From an uncultured bacterium (GTDB taxonomy: Bacteria; Auribacterota; Erginobacteria; Erginobacterales; CAZKCI01): DNA of 64,000 nucleotides. Position 1 is the first letter of the stretch; each line of letters starts with the position of its first letter. The stretch is from contig CAZKCI010000013.1 in assembly GCA_964551475.1 (NCBI GenBank), forward strand, positions 1,017-65,016, read 5' to 3'. The position numbers and the translations under genes are program-made. This document shows positions 1 to 9,881 of the stretch, piece after piece. The notes under the pieces were generated by a model, which was not told the DNA's origin, made no database searches, and worked only from the letters and a program-made list of their open reading frames with translations.

Positions 1-54
1 GAGAGTTTCTCGCCTCAACCCACAACACAGGACCACAAATGGTGTGGGCGATCG

Positions 55-381
55 TTACACCAAGAGTTTGATCGCAAAGTTGACCACCTTGTCTACAGCC
101 TTTGCCGCCGCAGTCGCAATCTTGATTGCCTCGGCAACCTTGTTTAGATCCTTGAATGCGGCTTTAGCAACATTCTCCGCTTCACCTAACGACTGTATGG
201 CGGCCTTATAGTCCAGGGTCGTCTTGTCCAGTTGATCCAAGATGACCTGCTGCCAAAGTATGAACAGCGCATTGATCAGCTTCTGCAAGTCGATCTGTTC
301 CTGCGCCACCGTAGTGTTATTTCGAACCTTGTTGAGGACGTTGACAAGGTCACTAATGCCCGAGCGAATAGTCGTAGCCAT
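55..381 (-). CDS. hypothetical small all-helical protein (108 aa), low-GC island cargo
   Basis: ORF in the approx 50% GC block downstream of the RHS locus; Ala/Lys-rich helical sequence, no recognisable motif. Confidence 0.35.
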   Translation of the reverse strand: MATTIRSGISDLVNVLNKVRNNTTVAQEQIDLQKLINALFILWQQVILDQLDKTTLDYKAAIQSLGEAENVAKAAFKDLNKVAEAIKIATAAAKAVDKVVNFAIKLLV

Positions 382-426
382 AAGCCTCTCTCCTTTCGTC
401 GCGTCGTTATCGTTGCTGACCTAGTT

Positions 427-1386
427 TTACCTCTCCTGGAGGCTCTTGTAGAAGCCTTGCACCGACTTTACATATACTTCGAGTTCACCAATCCGCTTTG
501 CCATCTCCGCCGAGGAGAACTCGTTCGCCTCAATGGCCTCGCGCAAAGCAGAGTGGGCTTTTCCGACTGCGGATGCACCCTTACTAACGGCGGCGAAGAA
601 CGCCGGTGTATTGGCTTCAGCATCATAAAGCTGGCGAGCTCGGAGGAGCATCGAGTAGCGAACATCGAATGTAGAGTTCGGACGTAAACGTTCGATGTTG
701 TATGCCTGCTGGATCGATCCACGGCTGTTACTTATGGCTTCTTTGACAAAGCTAGCGAGTTCCGAGTCCTGGCCGAGGTCCGCCGCGATCAGCGCTGTCG
801 CTTTTTGTACAGCGGGGTCAGCTTTCGTGACCGTTGTTTTGATCGCATCGTGGCGCTTAGCCTCACTAATGACTTTGCCGATCGCATTAACAGCGGTCGC
901 GATGATTCCAATATCAGCGTCAGTGACTGGGAGGTCGTTGCCCGACGCTTTCTTGAAGGTATCTCGCAGGCCGATAAGTGCTCCGTCGAGATCTTTGGCC
1001 GCCGCGTCGATGTCGGTGTCGAAATCAGCCTCCGCCAACTGCTGCAGGGCGATCGAGTAGCTGGATAGCTGATCCAGAACGCGGAGACGAAGGGTTAATC
1101 GTTCGGCCTTTTCCGCTCCATTCTGAGCCCCACTGTCTCCGCTGAAAAGCCCTTTGAAGGTCGCATCCGTTGGCCCTATCTGGGGGTCGCTGGCCACATC
1201 GTAAAGTTTTCGCTCAACGCTCGCGCCAGTGGCTAGATCGAATGCCTTTCGAGCATGCTCACCGAGCGAAGAAGACGCCAATCCGAACTGTTTAACTTGG
1301 GTAAGGGATGTTGACGCACAGCCGACAAGGGCTACGAGTGACATTGCGGCGAGTGATGCTTCGATGACGCGTCTCACGCGTTTCAT
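427..1386 (-). CDS. hypothetical lipoprotein (319 aa)
   Basis: N-terminal signal peptide with lipobox-like LVGC (MKRVRRVIEASLAAMSLVALVGC); helical, no recognised domain. Confidence 0.5.
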   Translation of the reverse strand: MKRVRRVIEASLAAMSLVALVGCASTSLTQVKQFGLASSSLGEHARKAFDLATGASVERKLYDVASDPQIGPTDATFKGLFSGDSGAQNGAEKAERLTLRLRVLDQLSSYSIALQQLAEADFDTDIDAAAKDLDGALIGLRDTFKKASGNDLPVTDADIGIIATAVNAIGKVISEAKRHDAIKTTVTKADPAVQKATALIAADLGQDSELASFVKEAISNSRGSIQQAYNIERLRPNSTFDVRYSMLLRARQLYDAEANTPAFFAAVSKGASAVGKAHSALREAIEANEFSSAEMAKRIGELEVYVKSVQGFYKSLQER

Positions 1387-1620
1387 GGCATCTCCCTTCG
1401 TTAGTTAATAGCGAGCATGACGATCGTTTCATGCCGCATCCGCGCTGTGTGAAATGTATTTGTCTGGGCTCTTGTTTGAGCCTTCTAGCGATTTGCTATG
1501 ACGCGCTGTTTTGTATTCTTGTAGCTAGTGGTCAGTTATCAGCCTCACCTGTAGCATCACTAGATAGTGCATCACAGGATGAAGGCAGCCAAAGTCATAA
1601 ATATCGTTGTTCTATCCGAT

Positions 1621-1953
1621 TTATTTAGCCGTTGGAGACGGTGCGAATAGTCCTACTAAGGCTCCAACTGCCGCTGATCCAAGAGCTACTAAGACTTCGG
1701 GGATAGTCTTGCCTCCAAGCACTAATACTATGGAACCAATGGCCGTCAAAAGAGCAAGCAAGCTGAGCACACCAATTGCTATGCGGTAGAGGTATCTATC
1801 ACCAATATATGCTGGGGTTATTGCCTCTGCCTTAGTCGCTGTATCTTTGAGTATTGAAATGGGATCCTTCTTTAACTTCTCTACTAGCATAGGATCCGCT
1901 GAAAACATTTCTACCATCCGCCCGGCAGAACGCATTTGCATTTCCATCTTCAA
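1621..1953 (-). CDS. small membrane protein (110 aa, two C-terminal TM helices)
   Basis: Hydrophobic segments LLALLTAIGSIVLVLGG and LVALGSAAVGALVGLF; low-GC region. Confidence 0.35.
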   Translation of the reverse strand: MKMEMQMRSAGRMVEMFSADPMLVEKLKKDPISILKDTATKAEAITPAYIGDRYLYRIAIGVLSLLALLTAIGSIVLVLGGKTIPEVLVALGSAAVGALVGLFAPSPTAK

Positions 1954-2156
1954 CCTCCCAGTTATGAAATTGGTTAAGTCTTAAGGTCGGAATAAGGCCC
2001 GGTCGACCGTACCGTCGCTATCGGCAGCCAGAGGGAAGGGGATGTCATCGCTCTGACCGAAGGTCGCGAAGCTTTCCGCCTATATCAGCATCCGCTTTCC
2101 ATAAGCTATAAGATGAAGTATGAGCTAATGGTGAGTTTGTTTACTATGTATAATGA

Positions 2157-3023
2157 TTAATAATAGCCATTCAGTAGAGACGAAAGAGGAATATCCGTCT
2201 GGCTCCCGAACCAACATGTAGTTACCGTTCCTGTGATGGGATTTTGGATATCCCATCGTCCATTCCGGTAAATCGCTCTATTGATTCGCTCCAGATTGGT
2301 ATGAACAGCCGGAACAGGGATGTCATTAGCTTGGCCGAGGTAATAGTAGCTTACTACCCCAGTATATGGCTGTTTTTGTGCCCATGTTCCACTGTCAAAT
2401 GTGGCTAATGACAATCTTTCGAGGTAGAACCAATCTCCTGGAACTGGTGTATCATTATTATCGCCTAAAGAAGAATACGTCACTTCGCCAGTAAGAGGTT
2501 GCCGTAGCGCCCAAGTACCACTATTAAAAACAGCCCCAGTTGCTCTTTCTAAAGCAAAATAATCTCCAGGAACAGGAACGGAATCGCTTGATCCTAAATA
2601 AAACGACGTATAACTTCTGACACTCCATAATCCTGTAGAAGGCCTAAAAACGGCAATTTGTGCCGGCTGCCCAGTTATGTAGTTGGCGGGTACCGGTATA
2701 TCTCCATCTGTACCATAATAAAGAGAAGTGTAGCCCCTTATCCCCCACAAACCTGTAGATGGACGGAAAACCGCAATATCCGTAGCTTCAGATCCATAGT
2801 AATCCTGCGGAACGGGTATATCGCCATCTGCGCCGTAGTACACCCTTGTAATGTCTCTAATCGCCCAAAGGCCGATTGAAGGTCGGAAGACAGCAATATC
2901 CGAGACACCATCATTATTGAAATCTACCGGAGTTGCTTCACAAAGGGAAACGTACTGACTGCTGAACAGATACCCAGCCACCGAGATAAGAAGCCAGTAT
3001 AACATACTGCCCGAAATCTTCAT
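2157..3023 (-). CDS. secreted FG-GAP-like repeat protein (288 aa)
   Basis: Signal peptide; at least 5 tandem repeats of VFRPSTGLWxIR..YYG.DGDIPVPGDY, the same repeat type as in the giant protein at 9882-16373 and in the 60708-61637 protein. Confidence 0.65.
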   Translation of the reverse strand: MKISGSMLYWLLISVAGYLFSSQYVSLCEATPVDFNNDGVSDIAVFRPSIGLWAIRDITRVYYGADGDIPVPQDYYGSEATDIAVFRPSTGLWGIRGYTSLYYGTDGDIPVPANYITGQPAQIAVFRPSTGLWSVRSYTSFYLGSSDSVPVPGDYFALERATGAVFNSGTWALRQPLTGEVTYSSLGDNNDTPVPGDWFYLERLSLATFDSGTWAQKQPYTGVVSYYYLGQANDIPVPAVHTNLERINRAIYRNGRWDIQNPITGTVTTCWFGSQTDIPLSSLLNGYY

Positions 3024-3228
3024 AATCCACTCTCCTTCGTTAGGATTTCAGCAATATTTCCGAAATGAATCAATGAGGGTGCAGCGTAACAGCATTTGAT
3101 CCGACCGGTGATACCACAATCCGGAGTGTTACCCCTTCCTCTTGATTCTTCGGTCTCATCATCTGGTTGTTAGGACAGGTAACAGTCCATTCGGTTCTTT
3201 GCTGATACCTCGGGCCGGCAGTGCTATC

Positions 3229-3702
3229 CTATTCCTTCAAATCCTCGTCCGCATTACTATCATCATTCCAATAATATACAGCGAACTCTCCTAGCTGATA
3301 GCATATATCTTGTTTTCGAAAACGCGCCGGGAATTGCCTGTCTTCACGTAGTGATACCAGGATACCATGTCTCATGCCTTCTCCAAACCATACAGCTTCG
3401 ATATGCTGAAGATTATCGCCAAATATATATATTATCCCATATTCATTGAATCCCAGCATCTCCCAGTCAAATTCAATGCTATCAGTTAGTTTATATCGTC
3501 CAGGAGAGCCATAGCGCTTAAATCTTGAATCTAAATCATGAGCCTTAGTCACGTTATCTCTAATCCATGACAGCAAGTATGTCCTTACCTCTTCTCGCAT
3601 AATGATAACCTTTTTCGACTCACAAAATTGGTTCTTCATCCATCCGAAGCAGCCCATGCTTGTCACCATAAATAGGGTTAGGATAGCAATTATCCTGAAC
3701 AT
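3229..3702 (-). CDS. candidate RHS immunity protein, predicted lipoprotein (157 aa from MFRIIAIL start)
   Basis: Lies 32 nt downstream of the RHS stop on the same strand; perfect AAGGAGG RBS 6 nt before ATG at 3702; N-terminal signal with Cys (LTLFMVTSMGC); low GC like the RHS C-terminal tip. Confidence 0.55.
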   Translation of the reverse strand: MFRIIAILTLFMVTSMGCFGWMKNQFCESKKVIIMREEVRTYLLSWIRDNVTKAHDLDSRFKRYGSPGRYKLTDSIEFDWEMLGFNEYGIIYIFGDNLQHIEAVWFGEGMRHGILVSLREDRQFPARFRKQDICYQLGEFAVYYWNDDSNADEDLKE

Positions 3703-3734
3703 TGTATACCTCCTTGCAAGTTTACACACTACTA

Positions 3735-6700
3735 CTATGGAATATCTTCTTGATACCGTTCGTAAATATCACGACCTGTTTTCGCCCAATCAATCGCTTT
3801 GGGGATTTGCTTAAGATCAGTTAGACTCAAACGTGTAAATGACTGAATCGCATTATATCCATATATCCTTGGCGTATTTCCATAACCTGTCAGTCCGCGA
3901 GCGGAACTTGCAAATCCTTGGAAGTAATAGTTGATATCGGAACCCTTGTAGATCCCAGGCGGCACATAACCAAATTGGTAGTTAATTGAAAATCTAGTAG
4001 AAGCATAATCAAGAAATGTGCCATCGGCAGTCCCATGTAGTTGGATCTGATATTCGATAAATCCCATCGTATCATAACCACGACTTTTCGCCTCGCTAAC
4101 ATCAAGAATCATTATCGACATAAGCTCACTGCGTGTGATCGGAACGGGGTTCCCTTTGCTCTCGCGTTTTTTCTTATTTAGGCTATCCAATGCTTTGTCA
4201 TAGTTATGTTGTATGCATTCCCACTTATCGTGGTTAGACAGATTTTCCCACTCAGCTTCATATTTCTTCCGTTCTCTTGCGTCTCTTCGGTCCTTAAGTC
4301 TATATACAGTTGGACGGCTTCTATCCCAATCAAATCCGGTTCGTTCCTCTGCAACATCCTGTGCGGTTTGTCCTGCTTGTTCGGTCCCCGTTCCCTGTGC
4401 TTGACCCGCTTTCTCACCTTCTTTCTGTCCCGTTTCCGCTTGTTGGGCTTCTGCCTGGACATCGGCAGTGGCCTCTTCGTCAGCGCTCAGACCGAGGGGA
4501 TCGACAAGATTAATGGGATTATTATAGCAATAAACATACCGATTATGCCTATCCGGCTGAAGGGCGTCGACGTATTCCTTGATAAACCGATGAAATGAGG
4601 AGTACACCCCGCTGAAATACGATATCCTCGGATCATCCGGCCCGCCGGTCAGGAAATCAGGGGTCGTGAACCTCCCCGTCTCCGGATCATAGAACCTCGC
4701 CCGGTTGAACTGGAGGCCGATCTCGTCTTCCCACTCCCGGCTCGTGAACTTGTAGTCGTTCCCCGAGGTCCCCGTCTCCAGCGTGATCTTTCCCCAGGCA
4801 TTGTAGACATATGTCCCGACCTGGAACTCGGCGTCGTTTGTCAAGGAGCGGGCGGAGCCGATCGCGTCACAGTGGTAGTATACGCGGTTGCCGGAGGATT
4901 TCCTACTGATAAGCTTGTCGATCCCGATCCCCTGGACATATGTTGCCCAGGGCGTACCGTCCGTGGCGAGGTCCTGAAGGACGTTCAGGCCGTCGAAGAG
5001 ATACCACGTTTCCGCCCCAGCCGAGTTCTTGCTCGCAACCCTCCTCTTGTCCCCGTCGTAAGTGAACTCATTAGAGAGGCTCCCTGGGAGGTTGACCTTC
5101 GTCAGGCGGTTCTCGAAGTCGTATTCGTAGCTCGTCACCGTGCTGCCGTCGACCGTCTTTCCCTGCAGACAACCATTGGCGTCATACGAATACTCGACAA
5201 ACGAGGCCAGATTGGGCTGGTAAGAGATGTCGATCTGATGCTGGGAGACATTGCTCGCTGAATCCCAGGCGGTAGCCGTGAGGGTATTGGTCCCGAAGGT
5301 GAGCTTCACCCCCTGGGCCGTGAAAGTCTGCTGGTTGAGCGAAGCCAGAACGCCGTTGACCGTTACCATTTCGAGATCGCTGTCGGCGACCCAGCCGGTG
5401 ACGTTGATCAGCTTAGTGGGCGTTCCCGTCCCTCCCGAAGACCACGAGATCAGCTGGTTAAGGTCGTTGTAGTTGTAATCCTTGGTAACGCCGTTACAGA
5501 GCTCGTCTTTACGGTTACCAACTGCGTCGTAATAATAACTCACCGCCGGGGAATTAGGATATGAGACGCGGGTCAAACGATATAGATCGTCATAATCGTA
5601 GTGGGTCGTACCCGAAGCTTCGATCATATCCGTCCGATTGCCGACCTTGTCATAGGCATATGAAAACTCCGTTAAGGTGGTGTTTCCGGTTGAATCCGTG
5701 CTCTTCAGGTGGATCAATCGGTTTGCCCCGTCGTAAACGTCGTAATGAGCCACCGCCCCGTTGGGATAGGTCATGCAGGTAAAACGCGATCCGTAATCGT
5801 AGCCGTATCCGGTTTCTCCATCGTCGGGATCGAGGATGCGTTCCAAGCGGTTCAGATCGTCATAGAAATAGCTTGTAACGCCACTATCCGAAACGGTCAT
5901 CGTCTCCCGCTCGCCGTTCGCATAATAGGTATAGGCGACGGCCTTGTTCCCCGCCGGACCGGGAGAGGTCACGGACAGGAGACGGTTGATATCGTCGTAT
6001 GTATAGGAAGTCTCCCCCGTGGAGTCCTCCATCCAGATACGGTTGCCGGAGGAATCGTAGCTATATTCGACCCAGGACGATTCTCCTACGAAGGTCCTGA
6101 GTTTGAGGCGGTTCAGGTAATCGTAACTATATTCGATCTCCTGAGACTTCGCGTCTATTTGGGATATCCGGTTGCCGACGCAGTCATACTCATAGGCGGT
6201 TACTTTTGCGAGTGCATTCTTCGTGCTGATTAGGCGGCTAATATCGTCGTAGAAATACTCGGTTATGTTCCCCTTAGCGTCGGTGGTCTTTACCTTGTTC
6301 CCCAGGAGATCATAATCATAATCGGTGGTATTGTTTTCCCCGTTGATCGGGTCTTCCACTTCGATCAAACGATTGAGTGAGTCGTATTCATAGTAAGTGA
6401 TATTGTTCTCGGCGTCCTCTATAGATGTCCGGTTGCCGTTGTCGTCGTATGTGTATGCAGTTTCAAGGTTGAGCGTTCCGTAGTCCTGTATCTTGCTCGT
6501 CATCTGGTTGAGACCGTTATATACGAAGTGGGTGACATTTCCGTTCGGATCGATCTCGGATACCTTGTTGCCTGACCCGTCGTAATCGGCATGGGAAACG
6601 ATGCTCGATATGGCGTAATGCGTCTCGGTGAGCAGGTTGCGGCCGTTATAGCTGAATGCCGTCCAGTTAGCGTTCTTGTCCCTTTCCGCGACCTTATTCA

Positions 6701-9700
6701 TCCCATCGTATAGGGCATAAGCCTCCCCATTTTCGGCGTCGGTCGTCTTGGTCAAGCGGTTAAAGGCGTCATATTCGTAGTATGTATCGTGACCGTTTTT
6801 GTCGCGTTCTCTGTATTTATTCCCGCTCGCGTCATACCAATACTCGACATATGCCGTATACGGGTCAGTCACCTTCTTGAGGCGGTTGTCCTTGTCGTAC
6901 TCGAAATAGGTTCGATTGTTGTTGGCGTCCTCTTCCCAGAGCTTGTTCCCCACGGGGTCGTAGTAATACTCCTTCTCGCAGCTCTTGGGATCGGTGACCT
7001 TCTCCAGACGATAGAGCAAATCATACGAGTATTGGGTAGTCAGATATTCTTCTTCACCTCGATAAGACTTGTTAAACTGGACCATGCTTGTATAGCGGTC
7101 TCTCGAGCGGTCGTATTGATGGGTACCTCCGTTGGTGGATGAATCCCCGTCTCCTCCATAATGGTACACGGTAACTTTGTTCTCCGGATCTATCTGCCTT
7201 TTGAGGCGATTCAATGCGTCATGAGTGAACGTGGTCGTGTTCCCATTGAAATCCGTTTCGGAGTTCTTATTATCCTCTTTGTCGTAACCATAATGCTTGG
7301 AGCGTTCCTCCGTGAGGCCGAGGGCTTCCGTTACCGTAATCAAGCGATCATAACCATCATAGCCATATTGGGTGATTACCCCTCTCGGATTGACCATGCC
7401 AGTCCGGTTCCCTACGGTGTCGTAATAATAGGTTGCGGGATATTCCGCCGCACCGTCGTGGACAGTCTCGCCCGTGAGGCGGTTCATCACGTCATAGGAA
7501 TATTCGGTCAGGTTGCCATTGAAGTCGGTTTCTGATAGCTTATTACCGAAGCAATCGTAGGTGAATGTCTTATCAAAATATACTGAGGGATTATCCGTAT
7601 ACTTCCTGATCCTACTTAAGAATCCCCAATCGTTGTCATACTCAAATTCGGTGATTTTGCCGCGGGGATCCTCCGTCTTGATCCGTTGTCCATACTGGTT
7701 ATACCAATGCTTTGTCTCATTCCCCTCGGCATCGATTTCCTTCCAGAGCACCCCGTCGGAACCATAACCTGCGGGAGACCCATTGGCGACATAGTAGTTC
7801 CATTTCGTATGATTGTTGAAATCGGCGGAGGTGAGAACTTGATTGAACATCGTCTCATAAGTAAAAGTCGACTCGTAGGCCTCACCTGCCGGATCGGCGA
7901 TTTTCCGGACGAGGTTCCCCATCTCGTCGTAATCCATGCTATGCACAAGGTTATTGGTATCCGTCGTCTTGGTCAGATTAAAGTAATATTCGTCGAACTC
8001 ATAATAAGTAGGTTCACTATAAGGATCGTCGATCCGGGTGATCAAAGTGCGTTCCATTCGTCCATTCGGCGCGTCCAATCTGAGTTCAGTAAGATACTTG
8101 GTTAGCGTATTGCCATTCGAATCGGTGACCAGGACATTCGGATGCAGGCCGTCTTTCGGATTGCTCAGCCAATAATATGTGCATTCGCGGGATGGTGGCT
8201 CGTTGACACCATCCTTCCAAATACGCGCGCAAGAATAGGTGGGGCTACTATATTCGAAATTGATTGTATTCTCTCTTGCGTCAATGACTTTCGACAAGAG
8301 ATGGCGGCTGATTTTTATTGGTCTGGCGCGAAACACGGCAGGAGGCTGATACATCTCCGGGGGATAATATTCGAAATATGTCGTCTGGTTCTCGGGGTTG
8401 GTTATGCTGGTCAGGTTGCTCTCGTCGTTGTATCCCAACGCAAAGGTCCGAGTTTGATCCCCGTATTTGACGGCTATCGCCGATATCCTGTCCCCATCGT
8501 AGGTCAGCTCAACCCTTCTTCCCACGTTGTCCTGCACGGCCGAAAGGCAGTTCTTGTCGGAGATGGTAGTATAGTAGTAGGAATTCGTGTTCCCATAACG
8601 GTCTCTGGCGGCGAGTATCCGGCCGTCAGAGCCGGATCCGGAATCGAATATGTAGGTCCTGCCGTCTTTGAACGTGACGGTGCTCGTATCCCAGCTGAAA
8701 TCGGTATTGATATCGACATGGAGGGAATTGGAAGCGGGCTCGTAGTAATCTTCCAGGATGAAAAATCCGTCCCCTTCCCCATCGATCAGCGTTGCTCCAT
8801 CTCTTGACTGGTACTGCATTCCGTTGAAGTTGCCGTAATACTCTTGGGATTCCAGAAGCTCCGTCAGATAGCTATCGGCCTCTGTGATGAGCGGGTCGAG
8901 ATCTTTAATCAGTATATCGAGGTCATCCCAATCACCCTGAAGCTCGCCGATAATCCCCGGTGTCTCGGATATTTGTCTATCAAGATCGTAGACATCAGTT
9001 TCCAACTTCACGCGATCATCGTTCAGCTTGCGGACCTCTGATATGATATCGGCTAACTCGCCGACATAGATGAAGCCTTCATTACCGCCTAGCGACTGAT
9101 ATATCGCCCAATCCTCATCCGGCATGTAACAATCCGGAAAATTCTCCCATCCGTCGCGCTCGCAGTTCGGCTTCGCCCAAAGTTCATCCCATTGGAATTC
9201 CAAGCCTTCCAGTTCCTGCTGCTGTGCTTCGGCGCCCGGGATAGTATCATTTACGAGGGTGTCCAGACTTTCTTGCAGCTTCGACAAATCGTCTGGGCCA
9301 GTATCATAGCAAAATTCTTTAAGAGCTGTGATTTGTTCGTCAATCACCCCCTGCGAGGTCTCTAGCGCAGTTTTGTCGCCGTTCAAATCCGATAGGGACT
9401 GCTCGGCGCCGGTGATGAGGCCGGCGATATCCCCATTTATGTCCCCGAAGTTCTCATCGGGTGGGTCGGAGAGCAAATCGCCGGGCTGCACTTCTTCCCA
9501 GTCCCCGGGATCTTCCACGATATAGAACGTCTTTACCTCCAGACGCTTCTCCAGGGAGAGCGACCAGCAGGCCTTGCCAAGAAGATGGGGGGCGTCGGAG
9601 TTCTTGCTGTTATAGGTGAGCGATATCGCCAGAGGCAACCCTCTCTGGTTGGGCAAGGTCATCAGGTGATGGTAAAGATAGAGATTCCCATTGGTTTCAT

Positions 9701-9875
9701 TCACCTGGTAGCGAGTAACGGCATTGGAATCGAACCTAGGCTCGCCCATATCCTTGCGGTAGGTCTGGTCCGGGGTGGCAACTTCCTGGGCGCACAGAGG
9801 CGAAAGAGCGAACGAAGCGGACGTCCCGACCGCGATTAACCAAGGCAGGATTCTGGATGTAAAACCGAGCTTCAT
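3735..9875 (-). CDS. RHS/YD-repeat polymorphic toxin (2046 aa) with Sec signal peptide, SpvB-like N-terminal motif, YD repeats, RHS core (RFYDPETGRF ... NPINLVDPLGL) and unrecognised 250-aa C-terminal toxin domain (nt 3738-4485)
   Basis: Many YDxxGN(R/L) repeats; canonical RHS C-terminal core and DPxGL boundary; GC drops sharply 3' of the DPLGL codons; N-terminus NGNLYLYHHLMTLPNQRGLPLAISLTYNS..WSLSL resembles the SpvB/TcB N-terminal motif. Confidence 0.9.
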   Translation of the reverse strand: MKLGFTSRILPWLIAVGTSASFALSPLCAQEVATPDQTYRKDMGEPRFDSNAVTRYQVNETNGNLYLYHHLMTLPNQRGLPLAISLTYNSKNSDAPHLLGKACWSLSLEKRLEVKTFYIVEDPGDWEEVQPGDLLSDPPDENFGDINGDIAGLITGAEQSLSDLNGDKTALETSQGVIDEQITALKEFCYDTGPDDLSKLQESLDTLVNDTIPGAEAQQQELEGLEFQWDELWAKPNCERDGWENFPDCYMPDEDWAIYQSLGGNEGFIYVGELADIISEVRKLNDDRVKLETDVYDLDRQISETPGIIGELQGDWDDLDILIKDLDPLITEADSYLTELLESQEYYGNFNGMQYQSRDGATLIDGEGDGFFILEDYYEPASNSLHVDINTDFSWDTSTVTFKDGRTYIFDSGSGSDGRILAARDRYGNTNSYYYTTISDKNCLSAVQDNVGRRVELTYDGDRISAIAVKYGDQTRTFALGYNDESNLTSITNPENQTTYFEYYPPEMYQPPAVFRARPIKISRHLLSKVIDARENTINFEYSSPTYSCARIWKDGVNEPPSRECTYYWLSNPKDGLHPNVLVTDSNGNTLTKYLTELRLDAPNGRMERTLITRIDDPYSEPTYYEFDEYYFNLTKTTDTNNLVHSMDYDEMGNLVRKIADPAGEAYESTFTYETMFNQVLTSADFNNHTKWNYYVANGSPAGYGSDGVLWKEIDAEGNETKHWYNQYGQRIKTEDPRGKITEFEYDNDWGFLSRIRKYTDNPSVYFDKTFTYDCFGNKLSETDFNGNLTEYSYDVMNRLTGETVHDGAAEYPATYYYDTVGNRTGMVNPRGVITQYGYDGYDRLITVTEALGLTEERSKHYGYDKEDNKNSETDFNGNTTTFTHDALNRLKRQIDPENKVTVYHYGGDGDSSTNGGTHQYDRSRDRYTSMVQFNKSYRGEEEYLTTQYSYDLLYRLEKVTDPKSCEKEYYYDPVGNKLWEEDANNNRTYFEYDKDNRLKKVTDPYTAYVEYWYDASGNKYRERDKNGHDTYYEYDAFNRLTKTTDAENGEAYALYDGMNKVAERDKNANWTAFSYNGRNLLTETHYAISSIVSHADYDGSGNKVSEIDPNGNVTHFVYNGLNQMTSKIQDYGTLNLETAYTYDDNGNRTSIEDAENNITYYEYDSLNRLIEVEDPINGENNTTDYDYDLLGNKVKTTDAKGNITEYFYDDISRLISTKNALAKVTAYEYDCVGNRISQIDAKSQEIEYSYDYLNRLKLRTFVGESSWVEYSYDSSGNRIWMEDSTGETSYTYDDINRLLSVTSPGPAGNKAVAYTYYANGERETMTVSDSGVTSYFYDDLNRLERILDPDDGETGYGYDYGSRFTCMTYPNGAVAHYDVYDGANRLIHLKSTDSTGNTTLTEFSYAYDKVGNRTDMIEASGTTHYDYDDLYRLTRVSYPNSPAVSYYYDAVGNRKDELCNGVTKDYNYNDLNQLISWSSGGTGTPTKLINVTGWVADSDLEMVTVNGVLASLNQQTFTAQGVKLTFGTNTLTATAWDSASNVSQHQIDISYQPNLASFVEYSYDANGCLQGKTVDGSTVTSYEYDFENRLTKVNLPGSLSNEFTYDGDKRRVASKNSAGAETWYLFDGLNVLQDLATDGTPWATYVQGIGIDKLISRKSSGNRVYYHCDAIGSARSLTNDAEFQVGTYVYNAWGKITLETGTSGNDYKFTSREWEDEIGLQFNRARFYDPETGRFTTPDFLTGGPDDPRISYFSGVYSSFHRFIKEYVDALQPDRHNRYVYCYNNPINLVDPLGLSADEEATADVQAEAQQAETGQKEGEKAGQAQGTGTEQAGQTAQDVAEERTGFDWDRSRPTVYRLKDRRDARERKKYEAEWENLSNHDKWECIQHNYDKALDSLNKKKRESKGNPVPITRSELMSIMILDVSEAKSRGYDTMGFIEYQIQLHGTADGTFLDYASTRFSINYQFGYVPPGIYKGSDINYYFQGFASSARGLTGYGNTPRIYGYNAIQSFTRLSLTDLKQIPKAIDWAKTGRDIYERYQEDIP

Positions 9876-9881
9876 GTCGTC

